DNA of 63,924 nucleotides, the filler included. It is 6 parts of 6 records of this genome, joined end to end, with 100 filler letters (N's around TTAATTAATTAA, not from the genome) between each part and the next. Parts side by side here need not be neighbours in the genome. Positions count along the whole stretch, not along the records: positions 1 to 6,814 come from SRR2962707_4756; positions 6,915 to 13,304 come from SRR2962707_4759; positions 13,405 to 38,031 come from SRR2962707_4760; 3 more parts are not named here. One strand, written 5' to 3'. Position 1 is the stretch's first letter. Every line of letters begins with the position of its first letter. Both the position numbers and the translations under genes were made by a program. Below are positions 1 to 13,655 of this stretch, in pieces. The notes beneath the pieces are model-generated. The model did not search any database and was not told where the DNA came from. It saw only the letters and a list, made by a program, of their open reading frames with translations.

Positions 1-1
1 C

Positions 2-1300
2 CCGTCGTCAAACAGTGGCAAGACCGTCATAACCTTGGCTCTGCTGCGGGCTTTGACGCGCAAGGGTCATGCGATTGCGGCGGCAAAAACCGGCCCGGAT
101 TACATTGATCCGGCCTTCCAATCTGCCGCCTGTCGCGGGAGCTGTATCAACCTTGACCCTTGGGCGATGAGCCCCGCACAAATTAGATCGCTTTCAACAG
201 ATCATGGTGCGGACAAATCCTTCCTGATGTGCGAAGGGGTCATGGGCCTGTTTGATGGCGCGGCAAATGGCAGCGGATCGACCGCCGATCTTGCCGCCAT
301 GACCGGATGGCCGGTGGTTCTGGTTGTTGATGTAAAGGGTCAATCGGCCTCTGCTGCAGCGCTGATTTCCGGCTTTGCGACGTTTCGCCGTGATATCAAG
401 ATTGCAGGTGTGATCCTGAACCGGGTAGGAAGTGCGCGGCACAAACAAATGATTGTCGATGCCTGTGCGACGCATCTGCCCGATATCCCGATCATTGGTG
501 CCGTGCGACGGAGTGACGCGTTGTTGTTGCCCGAACGCCATCTTGGCTTGGTCCAAGCCGGGGAGCATCCCGAACTTGAAGCATTCTTGGATCACGCGGC
601 AGATATCATTGCCGAGGATATCGACCTTGATGCCTTTGTCGAACTGACCAAGGTGCAGAATGCGCCAAAGCCTGCACTGGTGATGGCTGTTGCCCCGTCT
701 TATGATATTGCCTCGCTTGGGCGCCATATTGCCGTCGCCCGTGACGCGGCCTTTGCCTTTAGCTATGCCCATCTTCTTGATGGCTGGCGGCGCGCGGGGG
801 CGGAGATATCGTTCTTTTCACCCTTGGCAGATGAAACCCCGAATACTGACTGTGATGCGATTTATCTGCCCGGCGGATATCCTGAATTGCATGCGGCTAA
901 ATTGGCCGCGGCGGCCACCTTCAAGGCGTCCCTACACGCAGCCGCAGAAAACGGCGTTGTGATTTATGGCGAGTGCGGGGGCTTTATGACCCTTGGCACG
1001 CATCTGACCGATGCCGATGGTTCATGCCATGAAATGCTCGGCCTTTTGCCGCTTGCCACCAGTTTTGCGACCCGCAAGTTGCATCTGGGATATCGCGAAG
1101 CCACACTTGGCATTGAAACGCCATTCGGGCCGGTCGGAACTGTCTTACGGGGGCATGAGTTCCATTACGCCACGACGTTAACGCAAACCGGGCCATCATT
1201 TTGTCAGATGCGCACCGCGACGGGGGATGATCTTGGCCCGGCTGGCTTGGTGAAAGGCCGGGTGTTTGGATCGTTCTTTCACATGGTAGCGCAAGGCTGA
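2..1300 (+). CDS. cobB: cobyrinate a,c-diamide synthase (5'-truncated at window edge)
   Basis: The frame is open from base 2 (PSSNSGKTVIT, P-loop). Motifs KTGPDYID, EGVMGLFDG, LPERHLGL, YLPGGYPEL, ECGG and GHEFHY match CobB/CbiA with its glutamine amidotransferase domain. Confidence 0.95.
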   Translation, partial: PSSNSGKTVITLALLRALTRKGHAIAAAKTGPDYIDPAFQSAACRGSCINLDPWAMSPAQIRSLSTDHGADKSFLMCEGVMGLFDGAANGSGSTADLAAMTGWPVVLVVDVKGQSASAAALISGFATFRRDIKIAGVILNRVGSARHKQMIVDACATHLPDIPIIGAVRRSDALLLPERHLGLVQAGEHPELEAFLDHAADIIAEDIDLDAFVELTKVQNAPKPALVMAVAPSYDIASLGRHIAVARDAAFAFSYAHLLDGWRRAGAEISFFSPLADETPNTDCDAIYLPGGYPELHAAKLAAAATFKASLHAAAENGVVIYGECGGFMTLGTHLTDADGSCHEMLGLLPLATSFATRKLHLGYREATLGIETPFGPVGTVLRGHEFHYATTLTQTGPSFCQMRTATGDDLGPAGLVKGRVFGSFFHMVAQG

Positions 1301-1410
1301 TTTGCCGATTTGGCTATGGGATCGCTATGAGATTGCGATGGGATTGGCTTGATAGGTAAAGACCGATTACACTATACCCATCAAGATTGACCGCCCGCAT
1401 GAGAGAGAGA

Positions 1411-1875
1411 ATGACAAAGAAGGATACCGTCGCACGTTCGTCGGAACGATTTTGGGAAACCAAGAAGCTTGCCGAAATGTCGCGAGATGAATGGGAATCC
1501 CTGTGTGATGGCTGCGGCAAATGCTGTTTGCATAAGTTGCAGGACGAATATGATGACTATGTCTATTTCACCTCGGTCGCGTGCCTGTTGCTTGATTGCG
1601 AAACATGCCGGTGCAAGGACTATCACAACCGCACCAAACACGTTCCCGACTGTGTTCAGCTTTCCATGGACAATGTTGATGCCCTGTCATGGATGCCCTC
1701 GACCTGTGCGTATCGATTGATATCAGAAGGTAAAGGTCTTTTTGACTGGCACCCGCTTGTGACCGGTGATCCGGAATCCGTTTTTGCCGCCGGGCAGTCG
1801 GTGCGTGGCAAAGCAATCCCCGAAGAAGAAGCCCACCCCGATCTCAGCCGCTATATTGTTAAGTGGCCTGCGTGA
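1411..1875 (+). CDS. YcgN/UPF0260 family cysteine-cluster protein
   Basis: FWETKKLAEMSRDEWESLCDGCGKCCLHK, CxxL..C.C.DY..R...VPDC and WMPSTCAYR. The start could be 1399 or 1411. Confidence 0.9.
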   Translation: MTKKDTVARSSERFWETKKLAEMSRDEWESLCDGCGKCCLHKLQDEYDDYVYFTSVACLLLDCETCRCKDYHNRTKHVPDCVQLSMDNVDALSWMPSTCAYRLISEGKGLFDWHPLVTGDPESVFAAGQSVRGKAIPEEEAHPDLSRYIVKWPA

Positions 1876-2598
1876 CCTCGCACGATAAGTGATCTCTGGT
1901 CTGCAAGATAACCAAAAAATTGCCGGGACTCGGAACGCTTATTGCACCGAAACCATCAAGATTACTTCGAATCCGAAAATTTTTCGGGCGTGATTCGGAT
2001 TTGTGCAGGTTTGGGGCGGTGAATTTTTCGCATAAGACGACCACGGCTGGTATTTCAAAATAATCGGGCTAACTGCCTGTCGGTGTTTTGAAAAGACCGT
2101 GTCGAAGTATGGATTGTACTTAGGGTTGCAAACGGTCCGCATATCAGCACACATAAAGAAGCTATTGAACTACCCTAATGTATATGCATATATCCCGCGA
2201 TCAATTGTTCTTTGATCGAGCGATTGATCTTTTGTGATCAAGTTGCAGCGTTCTTACGTATGAGTTTGGTGCACCCAAAACAATTGTGAGAGTAGCTTGT
2301 TTCCAGGGATAACTATTTTACGGACTTCTAATTTAACATAACAAAACCATAATCTTATTTTGTTTTTAGTCGATGTTAGCGTCTGTCGAAAAGGTGTTTC
2401 GGGTTCATAAGTTTGCGTGTTGGTTAACGAGGCGCTCCCCGAAAATTGCGACTTTCGCACAACAGAAATTCAGACTTGCGAAGGGCTTAGTACGCAAGTT
2501 TTCAAGAATTCTACTTCCTATTCAAAGGTAGTGGATTATGTAAACCGCTCTTCTGGGAAGCAGAGCGAAAAGGGCTCAGGATTGAGCGGATCGGAAGG

Positions 2599-4098
2599 AT
2601 GTTAGAAGTGGGTATTGATTTTTTTAGGACTGGTAAACGCGCGCAGGCCGAAGAACAGGTTGCAGCTGCGTTAAGCCGGTCGATGGCACGCATCGAGTTT
2701 GATGCGCAGGGCAATATTCTGTGGGCAAACGAAAATTTTCAGAAAGTTATGGGATATGAGCTTTCCGAAGTTGTCGGGAAGCATCACGCGATGTTCGTCC
2801 CGCAAGAAATCGTCAATACAGCTGACTATCAGGCATTCTGGAAGAAACTGGGCGCAGGCGAGTTCGTCAGCGGCGCGTTTCCGCGCAAACGCAAAGACGG
2901 TCGGCTTTTGTGGCTTGAATCAACCTATAACCCTGTCTTTGACGGCAAAGGAAAACTGATCAAGGTCGTCAAATTTGCCAGTGACATTACCGAGCGCCGC
3001 AATGAACGTGCGTTGCTGCAAAGTGTGTTTGAAGCAATCAGTGTCTCACAGGCCGTGATCGAATTTGACCTTGAAGGCCATATCTTGAATGCCAACGAGA
3101 ACTTCCTGTCGGTCATGGGCTATGGACTGGACGAGATCAGGGGCAAGCACCATTCGATGTTTGTCGAAGGCGATTATGGCAATTCGGTCGAATATCGCAC
3201 GTTCTGGCAGAACCTTAATCAGGCCAAATTCCAGGCCGGTCAGTTCAAACGCGTTGGCAAAGGAGGCAAAGAAATCTGGATCGAAGCATCCTATAACCCG
3301 GTTCTCGATGCGGTCGGCAATCCGATCAAGGTGATCAAGTTTGCCACCGATATTACCGAACAGACCAAGCTTCTTTTGAACCTGAAACAAATGATTGATG
3401 GCAACTTTGCCGAGATCGAAGGCAACATTGCCGAACTGAACGAACGCACAATCCACAGTGTTGACGTATCGGCAGGTACCATGGAACTGACCCGATCTGT
3501 TGCCGCCAGTGCCGAACAAATGGCAGCATCGATTTCGGAAATTTCGCGCAGCATGACCCAGTCGCAATCGGAAACCGAACGGGCCTTTGATCAGACCGAA
3601 ACGGCCAACGAAATGACCCAGCGCATGACCGGTGTGGTGGATGAGATGGGCAATATCGTCGAAGTTATCCGCAATATTGCCGGTCAGATCAATTTACTGG
3701 CCCTGAACGCGACGATCGAAAGTGCGCGTGCAGGCGAAGCAGGCAAAGGTTTTGCCGTTGTCGCAAACGAGGTCAAAAATCTTGCCAATCAGGCCGCCCG
3801 TGCGACCGAAGATATCTCGCAGGAAATCACCGGTATTCAGTCGATCTCTTCAGAAGTCGCAGGTGCCCTGCAGCTCATTCGCGGATCGGTCGAAACCGTT
3901 CGCAATGACGTCACCAATATCTCTTCCGCCGTTGCCGAGCAGAATACGGTTACCGAAGATGTCAGTGCGAATATGCGCAACATGGCCCAAACCGTCGAAG
4001 ATTTGTCCCGTGATCTAGAGGCAATTCGCGCAACCAGCGATGTGGTTGCGGCATCGGTTCACAAAACCCGCGAAGCTGCCGAAGTTCTTGCGCGATAA
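2599..4098 (+). CDS. soluble PAS-PAS methyl-accepting chemotaxis protein (BdlA/Aer-like)
   Basis: Two PAS/PAC repeats (ANENF..VMGY....GKHH.MFV; W.E.SYNPV.D..G...KV.KFA.DITE) and the MCP signature IAGQINLLALNATIESARAGEAGKGFAVVANEVK. No TM helix. Confidence 0.93.
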   Translation: MLEVGIDFFRTGKRAQAEEQVAAALSRSMARIEFDAQGNILWANENFQKVMGYELSEVVGKHHAMFVPQEIVNTADYQAFWKKLGAGEFVSGAFPRKRKDGRLLWLESTYNPVFDGKGKLIKVVKFASDITERRNERALLQSVFEAISVSQAVIEFDLEGHILNANENFLSVMGYGLDEIRGKHHSMFVEGDYGNSVEYRTFWQNLNQAKFQAGQFKRVGKGGKEIWIEASYNPVLDAVGNPIKVIKFATDITEQTKLLLNLKQMIDGNFAEIEGNIAELNERTIHSVDVSAGTMELTRSVAASAEQMAASISEISRSMTQSQSETERAFDQTETANEMTQRMTGVVDEMGNIVEVIRNIAGQINLLALNATIESARAGEAGKGFAVVANEVKNLANQAARATEDISQEITGIQSISSEVAGALQLIRGSVETVRNDVTNISSAVAEQNTVTEDVSANMRNMAQTVEDLSRDLEAIRATSDVVAASVHKTREAAEVLAR

Positions 4099-4129
4099 TC
4101 GCAAAACCAATTTAAAAACAACTTCATAG

Positions 4130-4161
4130 AAAGGGCGGAGCCAATGGGTTCCGCCCTTTTT
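4130..4161 (+). terminator. intrinsic terminator hairpin (possibly bidirectional)
   Basis: AAAGGGCGGAGCC-aat-GGGTTCCGCCCTTTTT shortly after the MCP stop. Confidence 0.8.
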
Positions 4162-4306
4162 ACTTCCATGACAGTTTGAAGATGTTGTCACGGGCGAATT
4201 CGGAACCACTTGCGTTATGTGAAACGAATCCGCAAAAATACCCGCCGAATTTGATAAGCTTGGCGATCAAAGCGGTAAACAGGGCGGGACCATGACAGGC
4301 GATTAC

Positions 4307-5044
4307 ATGCGCATTGATGTTTTGGGGGTGGGCGAAGCATTCGACCCAAACCATGACAACTCATCCGTTGTGGTGACCGCGGATGGCTATCGATTGCTGA
4401 TTGATTGCGGGGCGACTGTTGCTGGCAATTTGATGGGAAAGTTTCCCGATCCGGATGCGATTGACGCGATCTATTTCACTCATATGCATCCCGATCATAT
4501 CTTTGGCCTTGTGCCGGTGATGTTGAACTGGCGCGATGATGGTCGCTCAAAGCCGTTGAAAATCCTGTGCAGTCCGCAATTGCGGACCCATCTTGAAAAA
4601 CTGATGGAGCTTGGCTTTACCGGCTTGGGATCGGCATGGCCGTTCGAGATTTCCTGGCATTCGATTGCCGAGACCGAAAAAATTGGCCCGTTCGAGTGCA
4701 AATTTGCCCGCTCGGACCACAGTGTTCAGAACCATGCGATCTTGCTGCGTTTCGCCAATAAGGGATTTGCCTATTCCGGTGATGGTAATGTTACGGCTGA
4801 TACGGCTGCTTTGTTTACCGGTGCGGATCTTGTGTTTCAGGAAACCTATCTTCCCAAACATGATCCGCAACATTCAGCCCATTGCGATCTGGAAACCGTG
4901 ATGCAATTGGCATCCGATATGCCCGGTGCGCGTTTTTGGCTTTATCACATTAAACGCGATGCCCGGGCTGAAATGGCCAAGATTATTCAGTCCAATCAAC
5001 AGGTGCGCATGGCGGTGCCGGGCGAAGTGATCGAAATTCGCTAG
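4307..5044 (+). CDS. MBL-fold metallo-hydrolase (RNase Z/beta-lactamase superfamily)
   Basis: LGVGEAF, LLIDCG, THMHPDH (HxHxDH), YSGD and a C-terminal His. Alternative start at 4292. Confidence 0.88.
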   Translation: MRIDVLGVGEAFDPNHDNSSVVVTADGYRLLIDCGATVAGNLMGKFPDPDAIDAIYFTHMHPDHIFGLVPVMLNWRDDGRSKPLKILCSPQLRTHLEKLMELGFTGLGSAWPFEISWHSIAETEKIGPFECKFARSDHSVQNHAILLRFANKGFAYSGDGNVTADTAALFTGADLVFQETYLPKHDPQHSAHCDLETVMQLASDMPGARFWLYHIKRDARAEMAKIIQSNQQVRMAVPGEVIEIR

Positions 5045-5100
5045 CAGGTAAAAGGTTGTGAGCGCCGGGTAGTTGCTTGCAGTGACAAAGTCCGTATCAG

Positions 5101-5931
5101 CTAGTCCGCGAAATACGGGCGCAGATGCTCGAGCACGGAATATGGGGCGGTCAAATGGGGCAAATGACCGCCGGTGTCGATGATATGCAAATCACTGTTT
5201 TGAAGTTTTTCATGCAGATACTGCCCCACTTTGACGGGGACGGCAGGGTCCCTTTTGGGCTGGATCACGACGCACGGTGCGGAAATTTCCGGCAAAATGG
5301 TCCGAAAGTCGGACTGAAAGATAAATTTTGCCGTTTGCAGGGCGACCTTTTGTGGCATCTGAAGCAGCCCGGCGGTGAATTCCAGCACAAATGCCGGGGA
5401 AGATTCGCCGACAATCATTGGTGCAAAGCCATTGGCCCATGCTTCGAAATTGTTCTCCATTGCGGCGAACAATCCGTCAAGGTCAGCTTGAAGAAATCCG
5501 CCACAATAATCGCCATCGTCAAGATAGCGCGGCGATGCGGCAATCATGAAAATGCGCTCAAACAGTTCAGGGCGCCGTGATGCGGCAATCAGGGCGACCA
5601 TTCCGCTGACCGAATGGCAGAGAACCTGGCAACGGCCAATCCCCTGTTCATCAAGTAAATTCAGAAGGTCGTCGGCATAGGCCGTGATCGATGTATGGCG
5701 ATCCGCTTCGAAATTCCGGCTCCAATTGGGGCCGGCACCTGCCAGATCGTAAATGCCGACATCGTAATGTTTTAGAAGGTCCGGTAACAGTAACCGCCAA
5801 CTGCGGTGATCCGTCCCGAACCCGTGTGACAGGATGAGTAACGGGGCATCTTTTTTGCCAGACGCGTTCGGAATCAGACGCCAGTTATGGCGCAGTGAAA
5901 TGGAACCATTCTGGGAAGACGGCGTATGCAC
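5101..5931 (-). CDS. alpha/beta hydrolase, RsbQ/KAI2/D14-like
   Basis: HGFGTD, nucleophile motif CHSVSG, ASPRYLDD.DY.GGF, D..VP and GHLPHL, typical of the RsbQ/D14L family. Confidence 0.88.
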   Translation of the reverse strand: MHTPSSQNGSISLRHNWRLIPNASGKKDAPLLILSHGFGTDHRSWRLLLPDLLKHYDVGIYDLAGAGPNWSRNFEADRHTSITAYADDLLNLLDEQGIGRCQVLCHSVSGMVALIAASRRPELFERIFMIAASPRYLDDGDYCGGFLQADLDGLFAAMENNFEAWANGFAPMIVGESSPAFVLEFTAGLLQMPQKVALQTAKFIFQSDFRTILPEISAPCVVIQPKRDPAVPVKVGQYLHEKLQNSDLHIIDTGGHLPHLTAPYSVLEHLRPYFAD

Positions 5932-6007
5932 AAATGATACCGGTTCAAAAGGAAAATGGTGCCCGGATAACCGGGCACACGATCAATCAATATTGATTGT
6001 CGACGTC

Positions 6008-6283
6008 TTAATGGACGGCGCGGGGTTCCATGTCATGCTGACGAATTGCCGCATTGGCAACAGCATGACTTTCAAACGACGCAATATGGGTGCCATCCGC
6101 AGTAAAGACGCCAAAGACCAGTTCGTCTTTGTCTTCGTCCGTGTTGGGGACCTGCCGGATATAGGCAAAGTCGTGAATGCCCAACATGGCGAAATCAACA
6201 TTCGACAACAGGCCAGTATCCTTTGCGTCACGCTGGGTGACTTTTGTTTCGTAGTTGGCTGTGCGGTCTGTCATTTGAACCAC
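6008..6283 (-). CDS. DUF1150/BQ00720-like small protein
   Basis: FAMLG...AYIRQV...GVFTADGT.IA......A..AIRQHDMEP.AVH, located just downstream of Hsp20 as is typical in alphaproteobacteria. Confidence 0.8.
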   Translation of the reverse strand: MVQMTDRTANYETKVTQRDAKDTGLLSNVDFAMLGIHDFAYIRQVPNTDEDKDELVFGVFTADGTHIASFESHAVANAAIRQHDMEPRAVH

Positions 6284-6291
6284 TCCTTAGG

Positions 6292-6789
6292 TTAGGCCTT
6301 GCCGTTTTTGTCATCGGCATTGCTGTCTTCATCTTCAACCTTCATATCGATGGTACGTGATGAAACAGCTTTCTTTTGATTAGAGCCTATTGCGATTTCA
6401 CGCACAACCGGTTCTGGCAAAGGTCTGTTCAAATCAACGTGCAGCAGCCCGTTATCCAGATGCGCGCCAACAACTTCGATGCCCTCGGCAAGGACGAAAG
6501 AACGTTGGAACTGCCGGGACGCAATGCCCCGATGGATATAGACACGCTCGCTGTCGTCATCGGTATGCTTACCACGAATGATCAGCTGGTTGTCTTCTGT
6601 GGTTACAGACAAATCTTCTTCGGCAAATCCGGCAACCGCGACCGTAATGCGCAGTTTGTTTTCGCTGATTTGCTCGATGTTATAGGGCGGATACCCTTCG
6701 GCTTTGGTCTTTGACACTTGATCAAGAACACGTTCGATCTGATCAAAACCCAAAAGCAACGGGCTGTTAAACATAGAAATCCTAGACAT
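6292..6789 (-). CDS. small heat-shock protein, Hsp20/IbpA family
   Basis: SPLLLGFD, YPPYNIEQ, AVAGF, YIHRGIASRQFQRSF.LA and LDNGLL. Confidence 0.93.
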   Translation of the reverse strand: MSRISMFNSPLLLGFDQIERVLDQVSKTKAEGYPPYNIEQISENKLRITVAVAGFAEEDLSVTTEDNQLIIRGKHTDDDSERVYIHRGIASRQFQRSFVLAEGIEVVGAHLDNGLLHVDLNRPLPEPVVREIAIGSNQKKAVSSRTIDMKVEDEDSNADDKNGKA

Positions 6790-6814
6790 TTGCAGCACCT
6801 CCTCCGTCAGAGCG

Positions 6815-6914
6815 NNNNNNNNNNNNNNNNNNNNNNNNNNNNNNNNNNNNNNNNNNNNTTAATTAATTAANNNNNNNNNNNNNNNNNNNNNNNNNNNNNN
6901 NNNNNNNNNNNNNN
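6815..6914. other. artificial contig linker
   Basis: N44-TTAATTAATTAA-N44, with stop codons in all six frames. Confidence 0.98.
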
Positions 6915-6942
6915 AGAGAGGGAGAGAGAGAGAGAGAGAGAG
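6915..6942. repeat. (AG)n microsatellite at contig end
   Basis: agagagggagagagagagagagagagag next to the linker. Confidence 0.85.
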
Positions 6943-7244
6943 AATGTGAGAGTGAAGGAACACAACGTGGTCATTGTTCATTCAAAACTGAAGCTGAGGC
7001 AGTTACCAGCTGGAGTGGGGATTTTGAAACGCATCTTTATCACAACTCTCTGACCAGCTAAAAGGCGAGCGCCGCAAGCTTGGCTCCTGCATGCGCCATT
7101 TGCTCTTTGTCATTTTTTATTTCGAATAGGGTTGATTGGTGTTTGTCATACATACATTACATGACATGTTTAATTCTGTTTGGCTTGGTTTCCACAACAC
7201 TTGTTTGGTCATTGTTATTGAAACACGGAAGAACGTTCCCATCG

Positions 7245-11143
<3,899 letters not shown>

Positions 11144-12201
11144 GCCGAGGCCTTCTTCGAAGGTCTACACGTACGCACGTCGTTCACGTACGTTTTTCAA
11201 ACTACGAATCCGGTCACCTGGAAAGTTGCTTGCACTTCATCCAGCATATTCCCTGCTCATCCATGCGTGCCGTCGGTTCTGCAGATAGTGGACGAGCCGC
11301 ACGAGTCTGCCGCCATTTTTCTCGCTGCCCGAAAAGCACACCTCTCAATATTTTCGACCAAACTGAAACTGGCTGAAGCGACAACGAACCAGCAGCTTTG
11401 ACTGACTCCATTCGTTGGGGGGTTCGGGTCGGGTTCTGCCACCACCTTCCGGGGCCGAGAGCAAACTTTTCAACTCCTTCACTTCTTCCTGCTTTTTACT
11501 TTCAAAAGTCGCCTGAAAGTCTGGGCAGTTGCGAGGTGAGCTGGCTGGACTCGGCGCTTGTACATAACACTATTCTATTGATATTACTTTTACTTTTATT
11601 TGTTCGTGCGCTCCCCTCTCGCGTTCGCTCTCGCCCTCGCTCTCGCCCTCGCTCTAAAAAGCTAGTGCGCTTGCTCTGGATCTCGCTGTGACTGTAGCTG
11701 TGGTTGTGGTTGCGGATGTGTGGCTCTTGCTCTCTTTCGGTTGAGGTCGTGAATTGGTGGGGCACCCTTTTGAAATTGGCGCGTTTTTTCGATGATTCTT
11801 ACCTCCAATTTTTGGATTGCTTTTTATCCTGCGGTTTTTCTTTCCTGGTCTGCCTCGTTCTTCTCAAGTTGGAGCCAGGCGTGAGTGCGAGGGAGTTGGG
11901 CACGCCGACCACGCGGGATAAAAGAATCTGGCTGCTCTTCTGCACTGCGATGTGAATACTTGTTGAATGGGCAGTCAGCGGACGGTGCGCACAATTCGTT
12001 TCGTGGCTTTTATAATAATAATTAATTGTGAACATGGACAGTTGTGCAAATGAGCAAATGTGATTGGAAATCGACGATAGACTCGGATGGCGTTTCCTAG
12101 GCTTGTGCGGGCTGCTCGTTACTGTTTCCACATCCTTCTCGATGAGGCACATTTCTTGCTGGATTTTTGCTCCACAATAGACTCGCAAAGAATCCCTTTT
12201 C

Positions 12202-12867
12202 TCAGCGAAGGCGTGGTCGTTGCGAGGAGCGTTTTTTGCGCCGGCTTGGATGTGGGACGGAGAGCAGGTCCTTTGTAGGGACTTTGCTGTACACTATGTT
12301 CCACAAAATGGCGTGCATCAAAAGCGTGTGTCCAAACACGATAAAAGAGCACATTTGATGAAAAGCCAGCATGATTTGCTCGTCTTTTGGGGTGAGCGTT
12401 GCATCAAATTGACCACCCTCTTCGTCAACGAACGACACAACGTTTTCTTCACTGTTGCAAGCGAACAGCAGCAGGATGAACGTGCACGCTGCGTTCACGC
12501 AACCACAAGAAATGGTCGCTGCTTTGTGACCACGATAGAATGATGGAAAGAAAGCGGACGCAGAAATGAGGTACACAGCACAAGTGAAGCACAAAGTGCC
12601 TTCAATCGAAGGATCATGCGAGCTCAGGCCGAACACAAAAATATCCTCCCGCATCAGAATTCCCAAATATATGAGCATGTAGATGGCGCTCACTGCGGAC
12701 AGACAAGCCGTCGCGACGAACGACCATTTCGAAAACGGCGTGAGCGTGACGAACAAGTCGTTGAAAAAGAATCTCTTCATTCGGTACACCTGAAAAAAAG
12801 GGACAAGAAACGATGTCAGGGCCATGAGGCCGCCGACAAAGTTGATGATCGTGACGCTCCACAACAT
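12202..12867 (-). CDS. hypothetical multi-pass membrane protein (eukaryotic)
   Basis: ATG-started 221-aa ORF with about 5 hydrophobic segments and a basic tail. No family recognised. Confidence 0.55.
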   Translation of the reverse strand: MLWSVTIINFVGGLMALTSFLVPFFQVYRMKRFFFNDLFVTLTPFSKWSFVATACLSAVSAIYMLIYLGILMREDIFVFGLSSHDPSIEGTLCFTCAVYLISASAFFPSFYRGHKAATISCGCVNAACTFILLLFACNSEENVVSFVDEEGGQFDATLTPKDEQIMLAFHQMCSFIVFGHTLLMHAILWNIVYSKVPTKDLLSVPHPSRRKKRSSQRPRLR

Positions 12868-13263
12868 TGTTCCTTCAATGCGAGAAGCAACGCCGGGCCA
12901 GCGTGCACCAAAGCTCTCAACTTACACCCTCACATTCAGCATGGGAAAAAAAGTAAAACAAAGAAAACAACAAGACAGCGTGAACAGGTCCGCCGCACAC
13001 TTCACAAATTCTAAAAAAAGAAAAAGACACTCGGGGGTTAAGTTAGGCGCTTTGACCCGTTCGCTCCCAAGTTGCGCTCACCTCGTCGTCATCACTTCAC
13101 GTTTCACGTCTGCCTCGTCCCAAACGAACTCTTGCCCGTCGTCGACGTGCAACCCCTTGCAGCACGTGGGATTCTTTTCATAAGCGTTCAACCTCGTCTT
13201 GAACGACAGCAGAACCCGATCACGAGTTGGAGTTCACCAGCAAGACCAGCAACTCTCTGTTCT

Positions 13264-13304
13264 GCGTGTGCGTGAGTGCGTGCGTGCGTCAGTGAGTGAG
13301 TGAG
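13264..13304. repeat. (GCGT)n/(GAGT)n microsatellite at contig end
   Basis: gcgtgtgcgtgagtgcgtgcgtgcgtcagtgagtgagtgag. Confidence 0.75.
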
Positions 13305-13404
13305 NNNNNNNNNNNNNNNNNNNNNNNNNNNNNNNNNNNNNNNNNNNNTTAATTAATTAANNNNNNNNNNNNNNNNNNNNNNNNNNNNNNNNNNNNNNNN
13401 NNNN
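13305..13404. other. artificial contig linker
   Basis: N44-TTAATTAATTAA-N44. Confidence 0.98.
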
Positions 13405-13478
13405 GGTTTAAGGCACCGGTCTTGAAAACCGGCGTGCGGGAGACCGTACCGTGGGTTCGAATCCCACCCCCTCCGCCA
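13405..13478 (+). tRNA. tRNA-Ser(TGA), 5' end truncated by the contig edge
   Basis: D-loop remnant GGTTTAAGGC, anticodon arm CCGGT-CT-TGA-AA-ACCGG, long variable arm, T arm GTGGG-TTCGAAT-CCCAC and an encoded 3' CCA. Confidence 0.95.
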
Positions 13479-13531
13479 ACCTGGCAAATTATTTCATTAA
13501 ATATCAGATACTAAGACATATGCTTTGAATT

Positions 13532-13553
13532 GTGTGCGCTCAGGTGTGCGCTC
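13532..13553. repeat. tandem 10-bp direct repeat downstream of the tRNA (possible integrase arm-type site)
   Basis: GTGTGCGCTC-ag-GTGTGCGCTC after an AT-rich spacer, about 55 bp from the tRNA 3' end. Confidence 0.55.
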
Positions 13554-13655
13554 CTGTCCGGCGCTTGAAATCGCATATGGTTGAGGGGCATTTGCTGTCA
13601 GAGACTAATATCGGTGAGATAGCGGTCCCCGTAAAAAAGGCCCGCCTGGCAGATC

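Noticed and set aside
1876-2598. Long AT-rich intergenic region as a riboswitch or sRNA (near cobB)
   Set aside because: No cobalamin-riboswitch consensus or convincing structure is visible. It is probably the chemoreceptor promoter region.
11618-11655. (CTCGCC/CTCGCT)n hexamer repeat as a coding RS/RE-rich protein
   Set aside because: It is a simple repeat in a T-rich, low-complexity region between genes, and no supported gene model covers it.
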